DNA of 63,428 nt, the filler included, from Octopus bimaculoides (taxonomy: Eukaryota): NCBI RefSeq assembly GCF_001194135.2. It is 6 parts of 6 records of this genome, joined end to end, with 100 filler letters (N's around TTAATTAATTAA, not from the genome) between each part and the next. Parts side by side here need not be neighbours in the genome. Positions count along the whole stretch, not along the records: positions 52,039 to 60,049 come from NC_068982.1; positions 60,150 to 61,575 come from NW_026331286.1; positions 61,676 to 63,428 come from NW_026365069.1; 3 more parts are not named here. The stretch is one strand, 5' to 3'. Positions 52,039-62,340 of the stretch are shown here, piece after piece; position 1 is the stretch's first letter; every line of letters starts with the position of its first letter. Made by a program: the position numbers and the translations under genes. The notes beneath the pieces were generated by a model. The model made no database searches and had not been told where the DNA came from. It saw nothing but the letters and a program-made list of their open reading frames with translations.

Positions 52039-53700
52039 AAGTCATGTAACCACTCTCCAAGTTTTCCAGCTATGCCAAGATCACACAGTTTGTGGCATAT
52101 CACACCATGATCCACTTTGTCAAAAGCTTTTGCAAAATCAAGGTATATTACGTCCACATTTGAGTTGTTGAGTAACTGCCTCAACACCCAGTCATAATGC
52201 TGAAAGATCTGGGTCAGGCAGCTCCTACCTGGTCGAAAGCCATGTTGGGTATCACTCAGCAATTTATTTTCTTCAAGGAATGCGATTAGTTTTCCTCTGA
52301 CTATCCTTTCCATGACTTTGCTGATGTGTGAAGTCAGAAAGATAGGCCTATAGTTTTTAGCATCTGCTCTGCTTCCCCCTATATGGATTTGGCATATTAT
52401 TCCCTCCTTCAGCTTGCTTGGCAGTCTACCGTTTGCGAGAAAGCTCTGGAAGAGGGTTTGGAGGGGTTTTGCCAGGGCATGCTTACATGATTTAAGGAGG
52501 ATTGCTGGGAAACCATCAGGGCCAGCAGTTGAGTTTGTGTCCACTTCATGTATAGCTAGTAGTACATCTTCTTTGCTAATGTTGATGGATTCCATCGTAA
52601 CTGCCACACTGGTTATAGGGGAGGTAGCAAAGAAGTCCACTGGTTTGTTCACTTGTCTGTGCTCCAATGGAGTGGTGAAGACACTTTTGAATTGGTAATT
52701 CAGTACCTCACTGATCCTAATTGGACTGTCTGTGAGGGAGCCATCCTCTTCGGAGAGGGGTCCAATCTTGCAGCGTACTGAGGCTGTTTCTTTTGCGTAA
52801 TGAAAGAAGACCTTTGGGTTTGACTTAATGTTTTTTATAACCCAGGCTTCTTTGTCTGCTCTCTCTCTCATATAGGATTGTTGCAGCCTTTTTTCAATCT
52901 CCATCAGTGTCGTTTTAAGGCGGGACCTTTGGCCATTCTTGGGATGCTGGTTGAGTCGATTTGCAACTTTCGTCCGTCGTCTCATGAGGATCTTCCTCTC
53001 CCTTGGAATCTTATTCCTATTTGTTTTGGCCTTGTGCTCTGGGACATATTTCTGGCATATGGCTTGCACAGTAGACATGAAACATTCTAGTTTCATGTCA
53101 ATGTCTGGTGTGGAGAGACATTTTGGCCAATCCTCTCTGAGGATCTCTTTCTGGATCGATTTCCAGTCCGCTTTGTGGAAGTTCAGATTGGAGAGATTTT
53201 GGGTACTTCNNNNNNNNNNNNNNNNNNNNNNNNNNNNNNNNNNNNNNNNNNNNNNNNNNNNNNNNNNNNNNNNNNNNNNNNNNNNNNNNNNNNNNNNNNN
53301 NNNNNNNNNNNNNNNNNNNNNNNNNNNNNNNNNNNNNNNNNNNNNNNNNNNNNNNNNNNNNNNNNNNNNNNNNNNNNNNNNNNNNNNNNNNNNNNNNNNN
53401 NNNNNNNNNNNNGAAATCATCCATAAGAAATATGGTCACATGGTGTTCCAGTTTCATGAGGATTTCTTTAATTTTAGTGAGGCAATCTTCAAATTTGCCT
53501 ATGTGGTTTGGAGCATCCGGTGGGCAATATGTATTGCATATGACTATATTATGTTGTCTTATGTATACAATTAGGGTGTCGCATACTGAATTTGAGTATG
53601 ACAGTAAGACCTGGGGTGTGAGGTCGTCACGGATGTATACAGCTCCTTTCCCTTCTGTCTGTTCGCAGTATGACATATTTTGGTACGTGTACCACTGCAT
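52039..53700 (-). mobile_element. CR1-clade LINE ORF2 fragment (APE endonuclease + reverse transcriptase)
   Basis: APE motifs (AVYIRDD, YCPP, MDDF) and RT motifs NYRPIFLTSHISKVMER, QHGFRPGRSC and YLDFAKAFDKVDH; cut by a gap and by the spacer. Confidence 0.95.
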
Positions 53701-53746
53701 CCTCTATATCAAGGCTGAGGTGAGTTTCCACGAGTGCTATGCATAG

Positions 53747-53878
53747 GGTTTGATTGCACCAAGGTCAACTTTGTTTTTCTGCATTTTGAGATTGATAAAA
53801 TAAATACCAGTTGAACACTAGGGTCAATATACACCCTCCCCCAAACTTGCTGGCCTTTTGCCAAAATTTGAAATCTGT
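53747..53878 (+). mobile_element. SINE family 4, 3' fragment
   Basis: aaggtcaactttg...gataaaataaataccagttg...ggccttttgcc. Confidence 0.65.
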
Positions 53879-55409
53879 CTATATTAGCATATCCTAGAGC
53901 ATGGTCACTTTCTCTTTGTTCAGCTTTATCAGGTATTGGCCGTGTAGAATTTTTTCTTGCTTTTGTTCTAGGGCAATTCCATCATAACTGAAACAACACT
54001 TACAAGAATTTTTTAATACTAAAAATGTCCCGGCATCTTACTTAAGCTAACTGAAATGTAATGACCCATGAATACCTTAACTGCTGTGGGCCATTAATAT
54101 TGCTACATATGAATCTAAACTCTATGTTTGAACTAGCTTGTCTTAGAGAGAATAAATACTTGTGTTACTGATGCAACAGAAAAAAGACATGATACTTAAC
54201 TTGGTGGGACTTATGCTGGAAACCTTGTGCAGAAAATTTACATGTGTAAACAATTTTTATATCAAAAGAAATCTGAAGTGCTATGGATGTTATACATGCT
54301 TTCATATCCAACACTCTTGTTTAATACATGCTGTAATGCCTTTGATAAAATGTAACTGATGCAACATTTCCACTTAGAAATGTGTAACTGACACAACACT
54401 GTAACTCAAATGCCAATTAGTGTTCCACATTTTTATTTTAATCAATCAGGAACAAGAGGAATTGATCAAAAGGTAAAAAAACACTATGCATTCAAAATGT
54501 GTGCTGCACTTGAACACATAGTTCTAAATAACATTCCTTGAAGCTTATTGCAGCACATGCGTAATGTCTTACATAATTAAATCTAGACATTTTACATGCA
54601 TTGCAGGTAACTGTGGGAGTCCCAAAATTCACTGATCATAATGTGACTGAAATTTCCATGAACAGTGCACAAGCAGGTACATGTAACTGAAAATATAAAG
54701 TACTGTGTATAAGAATAAAATCATCCATCACAGCATGTCATAATGGTTGCATTGGTTTAAAGTAATTATTTGTCAGGATTTTGTAGACTAAATTTATAAT
54801 GTCAAAATGTAACTGAGGCAACAAATTCTAATAGACACAGTAAATTGTTTTTGCTGACAAGCAGGATGATCTTCCAAAAAATAACACTGCCAAACTGTAG
54901 TTTTATTCTAGTTCTTCCTAAAAATACATCTTTACAAGATAGAAAGTTAATCTTTTTGTAGGATGGACTGGATACCTACCTTTTGTCCTTGCAGTCAAAT
55001 TGTCATCTTCTAGACTGCACTGGAGATGGCTGCCCTGGTCACATGACAATAGTCCTGCAAAAATTTTCTTTACCTTTTTGAATCCTATTGTCTTATGGGA
55101 ACATAAGAATACATAAATCATAGTAGCACAGTATTATTATAATTTTTCAGTTTTTGTCTCCTTTTGCATGGAATTGCCCTCTATCAAAGCATTCTGTAAC
55201 CCATTTTTTTTTTGCTTTAGATCATAGCCTTTCACCATTCCTATCGTTTCTCCTTTTTCTTCATAACTGCCATTCCAGCCTCTGTTTTATATTTGCAGGA
55301 TTCTTTGAAGTCAGAAAACAGTTTTTTTGTTTTTGCTCATGTTTTGTAGTTATATTATTTTTCCATGATTCTTTACTAGATATTTTTGTGCTATTGTTGT
55401 TCTTGCTGT

Positions 55410-57240
55410 TGTTGTCATTTTGTTTTATACAAGCTGTTCTAAGTCTCATCTGGAAACTTCAAGTAACAGCAAGTTAGGCATTTTGCCGAGGAAGTTATTT
55501 ATGAGTAGCAATGATATATTTCAGGGAAAGTAGACCAAGTACTGAGAATTAAGATTTCATTAAATGGCTGTTGCAATATTTATGATATTAAAAGATTTTT
55601 AAATGATTCATATATTCTCAGGTTGATAGTAATTTTCTTATGATGTAGGCTGTAGCCATGAGAACAATTTTTTTGTAGTTCTGATACTTTTAAGTTTCCT
55701 GGTGTCTGATCAAAGTATTTCAGAATGCCATTTGATATTATCCTCAATGCTCCAATGACCACAGGTTGTTCTTAGATGCCATGGTTTAGAGACCTCTCTT
55801 TCAAGGTTTTTGTATTTACTTAACTCTTCAAACGTTTTCACAGAGGTGTTGCACTCCACTGGGATTAGCATATCAATGAGTGAATGTATTTTATCAGAGT
55901 GATTTTCTTCAGCACAATATCTGGTCTTATAGACCTGACTGGCATGATCAGTTTGAATACTAAAGTCTCAAAGAGCAGTGATGTGTATATTTTCTCCTAC
56001 TTTGACAGGCATATTATTCCCACCAGTTCTTTTCATATGGGAGCCCAAACTGATGGCATATATTCCAGTGCAAATACTAAGTCTATCATGGTTAGCATAC
56101 TCAGTTGAAGCTAACAGAGTGCAGCCAGAAACGAAGTTGGCATTTGTCTCCCAAAAGCAACAGGAAAGATATCAGCACCAATTTAAAGAATGTTATCTAG
56201 CTTGAGTTGCTATAATGAAGCCCTTTATTTCCGATTTACGTTCACATACAGCAGCTATTGATGGGTTATATTTGTATCAACATCAGGATCATTGGCACTT
56301 GCAGGGAATTTACCATATAATGCCTTACATTTCCATCTATTATGCAGCTCTTAGATTCCATTTCATTTGGTTTGTGCTTTTATTTGTTTTGCTGTCACAG
56401 TGGGTTTGTCTGTTTCATCTAGTAATATCTCAGTCTTGGTGATACTTAATATCCTGACGTAGAGTAATTTCTCAGTTCTTTCATGCTTGCAGACAAGTTC
56501 ACGCATCCAGTCATTATTGTTTTTTTTAGATAGGTGTATAACCCTGTGGTTGCTATTTTTAGAGGCAGTAGCAGATGTATCAGCCTGTGCCCTCCATCCT
56601 GTCATAGGGTGTCTACATCTTCCTTTGAGTGATGCATGTGGTACATTGTGAGAAACATATTTTGGTATAAATCTTACTTATCTCATTGATGGACTATTTT
56701 ATGATATTAAAGCTGTAATTTACAGCAGGTATAGCCAAAATATCAATCCTGTTTTTTGTATTAAGTTTGCTTCTTAGGATAGCCCTAACTCTCTGAAAGC
56801 ATTTCTTCTATATTCTTTCTCATGTATATGTGGGTGCTTAATACCATTTCCCTCATACATACACCTAAATATTTGTAGTGTTCTTCAAGATCTAAATCCT
56901 TGACTTTAGTAGTCTTGTCTGGTTGTATGTTCAAGAGTTTTATTTTCATTTGGAAAAAGAATGTGTCTTTAGAAAATTCATCAAGGCCAAATTCTATTTC
57001 AAAATTGTCACTAAATTGTTTCATTATAGTTAAAAGCGGTTCCAGTCGTTGATCACCTTTTTGCAAAAATCCTTAGATCATCCATGTAAAAGGGGTGATT
57101 GGTTGATCTGTTGTAAATTCTGTATCTATGTCTTGCATCATTTAACAGCTTATAAAGAGGAAAGAGAGTCATACTAAAGAGAATTGCTGGCAGAGAATCA
57201 CATTGGAAAATGCTGCAGTTTATTATCAATGTCACCAAAT
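55410..57240 (-). mobile_element. Degenerate R4/Dong-like non-LTR retrotransposon (RT through RLE)
   Basis: Frameshifted fragments IFQCDSLPAILF...NHPFYMDDLRIFAK, FSDNFEIEFGLD...YKYLGV and VIGALRIIS...KVSELQK. Confidence 0.8.
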
Positions 57241-57286
57241 CATCATTATTATTATTATTATTATTATTGTTATTATTATTATCATC

Positions 57287-57512
57287 AAAGCAGCAAGCCG
57301 GCAGAATTGTTAGCCTGCCAGGAAAAATGTTTAGCAGCATTTCGTCCATTCTTACATTCTGAGTTCAAATTCTGTTGAGGTCAACTTTGACTTTCATCTT
57401 TTCATGGTTGGTAAATTAAGTACCAGTGAAACACTGGGATCGATGTAATCGACTAGTCCCCTCCCCCAAAGTTTCAGGCCTTATGCCTTTAGTAGAAAGG
57501 ATTATTATTATT
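57287..57512 (+). mobile_element. SINE family 4 (Nin/Deu-domain-like), first tandem copy
   Basis: gttcaaattc...gaggtcaactttgactttcatc...gtaccag; (ATT)n on both sides. The domain assignment is from memory of the Deu/Nin consensus. Confidence 0.8.
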
Positions 57513-57515
57513 TTC

Positions 57516-57740
57516 AAAGCAGTGAGCTGGCAGAATCATTAGCACACCAGGCAAAATGCTTAGCAGTGTTTCATCCATCTTTACATTCTGTGTTCAAATT
57601 CCGCTGAGGTCGACTTTGCCTTTCATCCTTTTGGAGTTGATAAAATACCAGTACCAGTTGCATACTGGGGTTGATGTAATCAACTATCCCCCCACTCCAA
57701 AATTGTAGGCCTTGCACCTATAGTAAAAAGGATTATTATT
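57516..57740 (+). mobile_element. SINE family 4, second tandem copy
   Basis: gaggtcgactttgcctttcatccttttggagttgataaaataccag; ATT tail. Confidence 0.85.
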
Positions 57741-58173
57741 NNNNNNNNNNNNNNNNNNNNNNNNNNNNNNNNNNNNNNNNNNNNNNNNNNNNNNNNNNNN
57801 NNNNNNNNNNNNNNNNNNNNNNNNNNNNNNNNNNNNNNNNNNNNNNNNNNNNNNNNNNNNNNNNNNNNNNNNNNNNNNNNNNNNNNNNNNNNNNNNNNNN
57901 NNNNNNNNNNNNNNNNNNNNNNNNNNNNNNNNNNNNNNNNNNNNNNNNNNNNNNNNNNNNNNNNNNNNNNNNNNNNNNNNNNNNNNNNNNNNNNNNNNNN
58001 NNNNNNNNNNNNNNNNNNNNNNNNNNNNNNNNNNNNNNNNNNNNNNNNNNNNNNNNNNNNNNNNNNNNNNNNNNNNNNNNNNNNNNNNNNNNNNNNNNNN
58101 NNNNNNNNNNNNNNNNNNNNNNNNNNNNNNNNNNNNNNNNNNNNNNNNNNNNNNNNNNNNNNNNNNNNNNNNN

Positions 58174-58506
58174 GCAGTTTCGATTCCTAGACCGAGCGTT
58201 GTGAGTGTTTATTGAGCGAAAACACCTAAAGCTCCATGAGGCTCCGGCAGGGAATGGTGGTGAACCCTGCTGTACTCATTCACCACAACTTTCTCTCACT
58301 CTTACTTCCTGTTTCTGTTGTGCCTGTAATTCAAAGGGTCAGCCTTGTCACACTGTGTCCCACTGAATATCCCCGAGAACTACGTTAAGGGTACACTTGT
58401 CTGTGGAGTGCTCAGCCACTTGCACGTTAATTTCATGAGCAGGCTGTTCCGTTGAACAGATCAACTGAAATCCTCAACGTCGTAAGTGACGGAGTGCCAA
58501 CAACAA
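58174..58506 (+). mobile_element. SINE family 1, 5' end lost in gap
   Basis: Same body and tail as the 9762 copy. Confidence 0.9.
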
Positions 58507-58590
58507 CACATCCAGATGTGAGAAGACCTTTTGTTGAAGGAATTGTGTTGAGAGAAAATTCTTCTCTTAGATGACATATGAAAACATACA
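58507..58590 (+). pseudogene. Decayed C2H2 zinc-finger unit
   Basis: Translates as HPDVRRPFVEGIVLRENSSLR*HMKT, resembling a linker-PF...SL..HMKTH finger with a stop codon and lost cysteines. Confidence 0.5.
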
Positions 58591-58674
58591 GGGGGAAGAT
58601 CGAAGGGTAGATTTGGTGTTCATAGGTGTTGTGAAGGAATGCAAACACATGTATCCTATAAGCAAATAACTTCA

Positions 58675-59330
58675 TTCATAGCCCAATGTTTTCACATATG
58701 TGATCTGGGAGAACTTCCTCCTACCACTGTTTCTGTTGTGTCGACGCCCCCAAGCAAAGAAGTAGGCTCAACCAAAACATATAAATAGAGGTAGTCTGAC
58801 CGTGGTAGGTGTGGACTGATGGTTGACTGACGGTAGACTGACTGTTCAGTAGCTGTTGAGTAGCAGTCGCGTAGAGATCATCCGAAGGTGTGAGATAGCA
58901 GTAGCTTGAGACATAACAGTTTCTACAGCAAAAGGTTTTTTCACATCTGAGTGTATACTCAAACATGCTGAATGACTCTATACAAATATATTTTGTTCAC
59001 TGGTGCTTCATGCCACTTTGTCTATTTAATTCTAAGCTTTACGAAGCTTTATCTACATCAGCAAATGTACTATTTTCTGTTCTAATAAGAACATCATTCA
59101 TTTTGGCCTGTGAAAGGCAGATTTAGTGTTTGTAGTGGATGACATGAAAGTACATAGAACTGCATGCTTCCTACAATCTAATGATATCATTGATATCACA
59201 ATCTAATGATATCATTGACAGCCCAATGTGTTTTCACATGTTGTCTAAGTGGTGAATTTTCTCCTGAGACTATAACTGCAGTGAAAATTTTATCATGCCA
59301 AAGTGTACTTCAACATGTTGAATACAACTT
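58675..59330 (-). pseudogene. Decayed C2H2 zinc-finger units interrupted by a solo LTR
   Basis: Minus strand gives GENSPLRQHVKTHWA (~59220-59265). After removing the LTR it gives IHSDVKKPF / CEKTFCCRNSG / SSPRSHM, roughly 70% similar by eye to the plus-strand relic at 58507. Confidence 0.5.
58734..58918. mobile_element. Solo LTR (185 bp)
   Basis: TG...CA termini with a 9-bp imperfect inverted repeat (TGTTGTGTC / GACATAACA), a perfect 5-bp TSD GTTTC (58729-58733 and 58919-58923) and an internal TATAAATA at 58780. Confidence 0.85.
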
Positions 59331-59365
59331 TATGCAAATATACTTTGTTACAGAATGCTTAAAAG

Positions 59366-59580
59366 TGGTGAGTTGGCAGAACCACTGGTGTTCTGGATGA
59401 AATACTTAACAGCATTTCTTCTGGTTTCATGTTCTACATTCAAATTCTGCCAAGGTGACTTTGCCCTTCATCCTTTCATGGTTAGTAACATAAATACCAA
59501 TTGAGCACTAGGATCAATATAATAATGTGGACCTCCTTCCCTAAGGTTTCAAGCCTTGTGCCTACAGCAGAAAGAATTAT
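59366..59580 (+). mobile_element. SINE family 4, degenerate
   Basis: gtggtgagttggcagaacc...gactttgcccttcatcctttc...gaaagaattat. Confidence 0.75.
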
Positions 59581-59705
59581 AGAATGTTTACATTCTACAA
59601 TATAGATGGTTTTATATCATTCACCTGGGAGCAGTCACAGGCAGGTTGGTATCAAAAGGATTAAGCTAATGTTGTAGAAGTATTTACTGTGTTGTTGGTG
59701 TTTAA

Positions 59706-59927
59706 CCCTTTTGTTACTGTATTTATTTTGAGATGCTCTGTGTTTCTTTCAATTAATTTTAAATATAACAAATAATTTAGTAAAACAACTTAGTTATCAT
59801 TAAGCTAGTGTTAGGTACATAAATTGTGACTAAGGTTTGGTGGAAGATTTTAATTCAAAACTTATGAAAACAAGACATTTGTACTATAGAGCCACGGGCA
59901 GTTTCATCTGGGTTGGTATTGAAAGGG
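59706..59927. mobile_element. piggyBac-like MITE, opposite orientation to the 29192 copy
   Basis: TTAA-CCCTTTTGTTAC ... GAAAGGG-TTAG; the internal sequence is the reverse complement of the 29192 copy. Confidence 0.85.
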
Positions 59928-60049
59928 TTAGAGGCCTAAGACAAACATGACTGAGTGGATTAATAATCAAAGGTGAGCAAATTGAGATAATCTCATTTTC
60001 ACGCATTCAGAACTACAGTATCCAATGAGTACTTGCTTCTTTAAAAATT

Positions 60050-60149
60050 NNNNNNNNNNNNNNNNNNNNNNNNNNNNNNNNNNNNNNNNNNNNTTAATTA
60101 ATTAANNNNNNNNNNNNNNNNNNNNNNNNNNNNNNNNNNNNNNNNNNNN
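60050..60149. other. Artificial scaffold spacer
   Basis: 44 N + TTAATTAATTAA + 44 N. Confidence 0.97.
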
Positions 60150-60357
60150 ATCTGTCCTGAGATTTTGGAAGTTTACTTAGTGGATAAATGGAATGTACCA
60201 ATAATGATGGCCTCTGTTTATAATCAGCTGAAGAAACCTTCAGATAATAATTTGTGTGACTCATTTACTGAAGATTTCATTTAAAATTAAGACTCATCAT
60301 ATTTAATCAAGCAATTTGATTTTGTCAGTGTTTTGTAGTTCCTATTGCGGTATAAAC

Positions 60358-61575
60358 ATGGAGAAGATATATCCTTGTCAAATTTGTGGCAAAATATTTC
60401 CCAGATATATTGAATCATCTGAAGAAAACTTCTCAGATATTAAAGAAGAAATAAAGCTATTTTGTGATAACTGTTGGGATTCAAATTCCCACAACAACAA
60501 TTCACTGAAACACTCAGAAACTGCTAATGAAAATGAAATTAATCATAATGCATATTCTTGTAAAGTTCCTGATACCAAACCCTTAAATGGTAAACAATCT
60601 AACATAGATAATGTGTATAAATGTGAAGTTTGTAACAAATTCTTTGTTCAAAGTAGTCATTTAATTAAACATAAAGAGACACACTCAAAAGAAAGACCTT
60701 ATGGTTGTGAAATTTGCGGTCAACATTTCACTCAAAAAAGTATCCTCTTTCAACATAAAAGGACACACACTGGAGAAAAACCATATCATTGTAAAATTTG
60801 TGGAAATAAATACTCTTCCAAAAACTATCTGAATGTCCATCAACGGATACACACTGGGGAGAAGCCATTTCACTGTGAAATTTGTGGTAGAAAATTCCNN
60901 NNNNNNNNCAAATAGTTCTTTATCCACTCATATTCGAATTCACACTGGGGAGAAACCTTACCGCTGTGAAATATGTGGGAAAGTATTTTCTAGAAGCACT
61001 ATCTTGGTTCAACATAAAGTAATTCACACATTGGAAAGGCGATATCACTGTGAAATTTGTGGTAAAAATTTCTCTCGAAATAGTGATTTATATTATCACA
61101 AGCGGAAACATACAGTGGAAAAACCATTTAATTGTGAAATTTGTGGGAAACTGTTTGTTCAAAAAAAGGAGTTAACTTCCCACAAACGTACACACACTGG
61201 AGAAAGACCATACAAATGTGGAATCTGTGGTAAAACATTCTCTCAGAGCAGCCATCTATCTGGTCATAAACTAGTTCATACTGGTGAAAAGCCTTTTACT
61301 TGTCAAATATGTGGTAGATCATTCTCACGAAATAGTCATTTATCTATACATAAGCAATTACACACAGGAGAAAAACCTCATCACTGTGAAATTTGTGGTA
61401 AATCATTTTCTATAAAGAGTTATTTGTCTTTTCATAAACAGATTCATACTGGAGCAAAACCATTCCGCTGTGAGACCTGTGTTAAAATTTTCGCACAAAA
61501 TAATCATTTGTTAAGACATAAATGGGTACACTCAGAAAAGAAACCTTATGGTTGTGATACTTGTGGTAAAGCATT
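60358..61575 (+). CDS. Tandem C2H2 (Kruppel-type) zinc-finger protein, 3'-truncated by a scaffold spacer
   Basis: Acceptor-like ttttgtag at 60331-60338 and ATG at 60358. An acidic N-terminal region is followed by 11 CxxC-x12-HxxxH fingers with TGEKP-type linkers (finger 4 spans the 10-N gap at 60899-60908) and a partial 12th finger (YGCDTCGKA) that runs into the spacer. Confidence 0.95.
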
Positions 61576-61675
61576 NNNNNNNNNNNNNNNNNNNNNNNNN
61601 NNNNNNNNNNNNNNNNNNNTTAATTAATTAANNNNNNNNNNNNNNNNNNNNNNNNNNNNNNNNNNNNNNNNNNNN
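61576..61675. other. Artificial scaffold spacer
   Basis: 44 N + TTAATTAATTAA + 44 N. Confidence 0.97.
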
Positions 61676-62093
61676 TATATATATATATATATATATATAT
61701 ATGCTAACACTTGCATGTACACAGAACACATGGATTAACAAAATTCCTAACTTTAATAAATCCAAGATTTTTAGAAGAAAATGGTTTAAACTGATTTACG
61801 TGAAGAAAACAGAATAAAAACTAGGAACACAATAGGAAAAAAACATCATGACACAAACAATGTAGACAACAACAGTAACAACAACAACAACAACAACAAA
61901 AACAAAACAAACATGTATATAATCATCACTAGCAACAATAAGAGCAACAACATCACGAACGTCAACAACAACAACAACGAAGGAAATACTATGTGGTTGC
62001 CTAACCTGCTAGAAATAGCAGTGAACTAGCCTCAAATTGCAACTTGCTATTAAAAAGAAAAAAATGTAGAAATATAGATACAGTAATAAAACC

Positions 62094-62340
62094 GGTGTGG
62101 TTGTTTAGGAAGTTTGGTTCCCAAGCATAGTGTCTTGGGTACAGTCTCACTGCGCAGCACCATGTTTGGACCCACCCTTGAAATTCAGGTACAACCCAAT
62201 TAGTTTCTGTCTGTCCTGTTCCACTCACAAGGTTTAGGGTTGATTCGGAGTATTAATGTACTATAGCCCCGGGTCTCCCAAAGCCTTGTGAATAGATTTC
62301 GTAGACGGAAACTAAAGGAAGACCATCGTGTATATATATA
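62094..62340 (+). mobile_element. SINE family 3 head with an inverted internal insert
   Basis: Degenerate head interrupted at ~62163-62250 by a segment also present at 63159-63247. Confidence 0.6.

Noticed and set aside
59173-59218. 21-bp tandem duplication containing AATGATATCATT; also the 15-bp x2 repeat at 45810-45839
   Set aside because: Ordinary slippage duplications.
60899-60908. Frameshift in the zinc-finger gene
   Set aside because: It coincides with a 10-N placeholder, and finger spacing implies a different true length.
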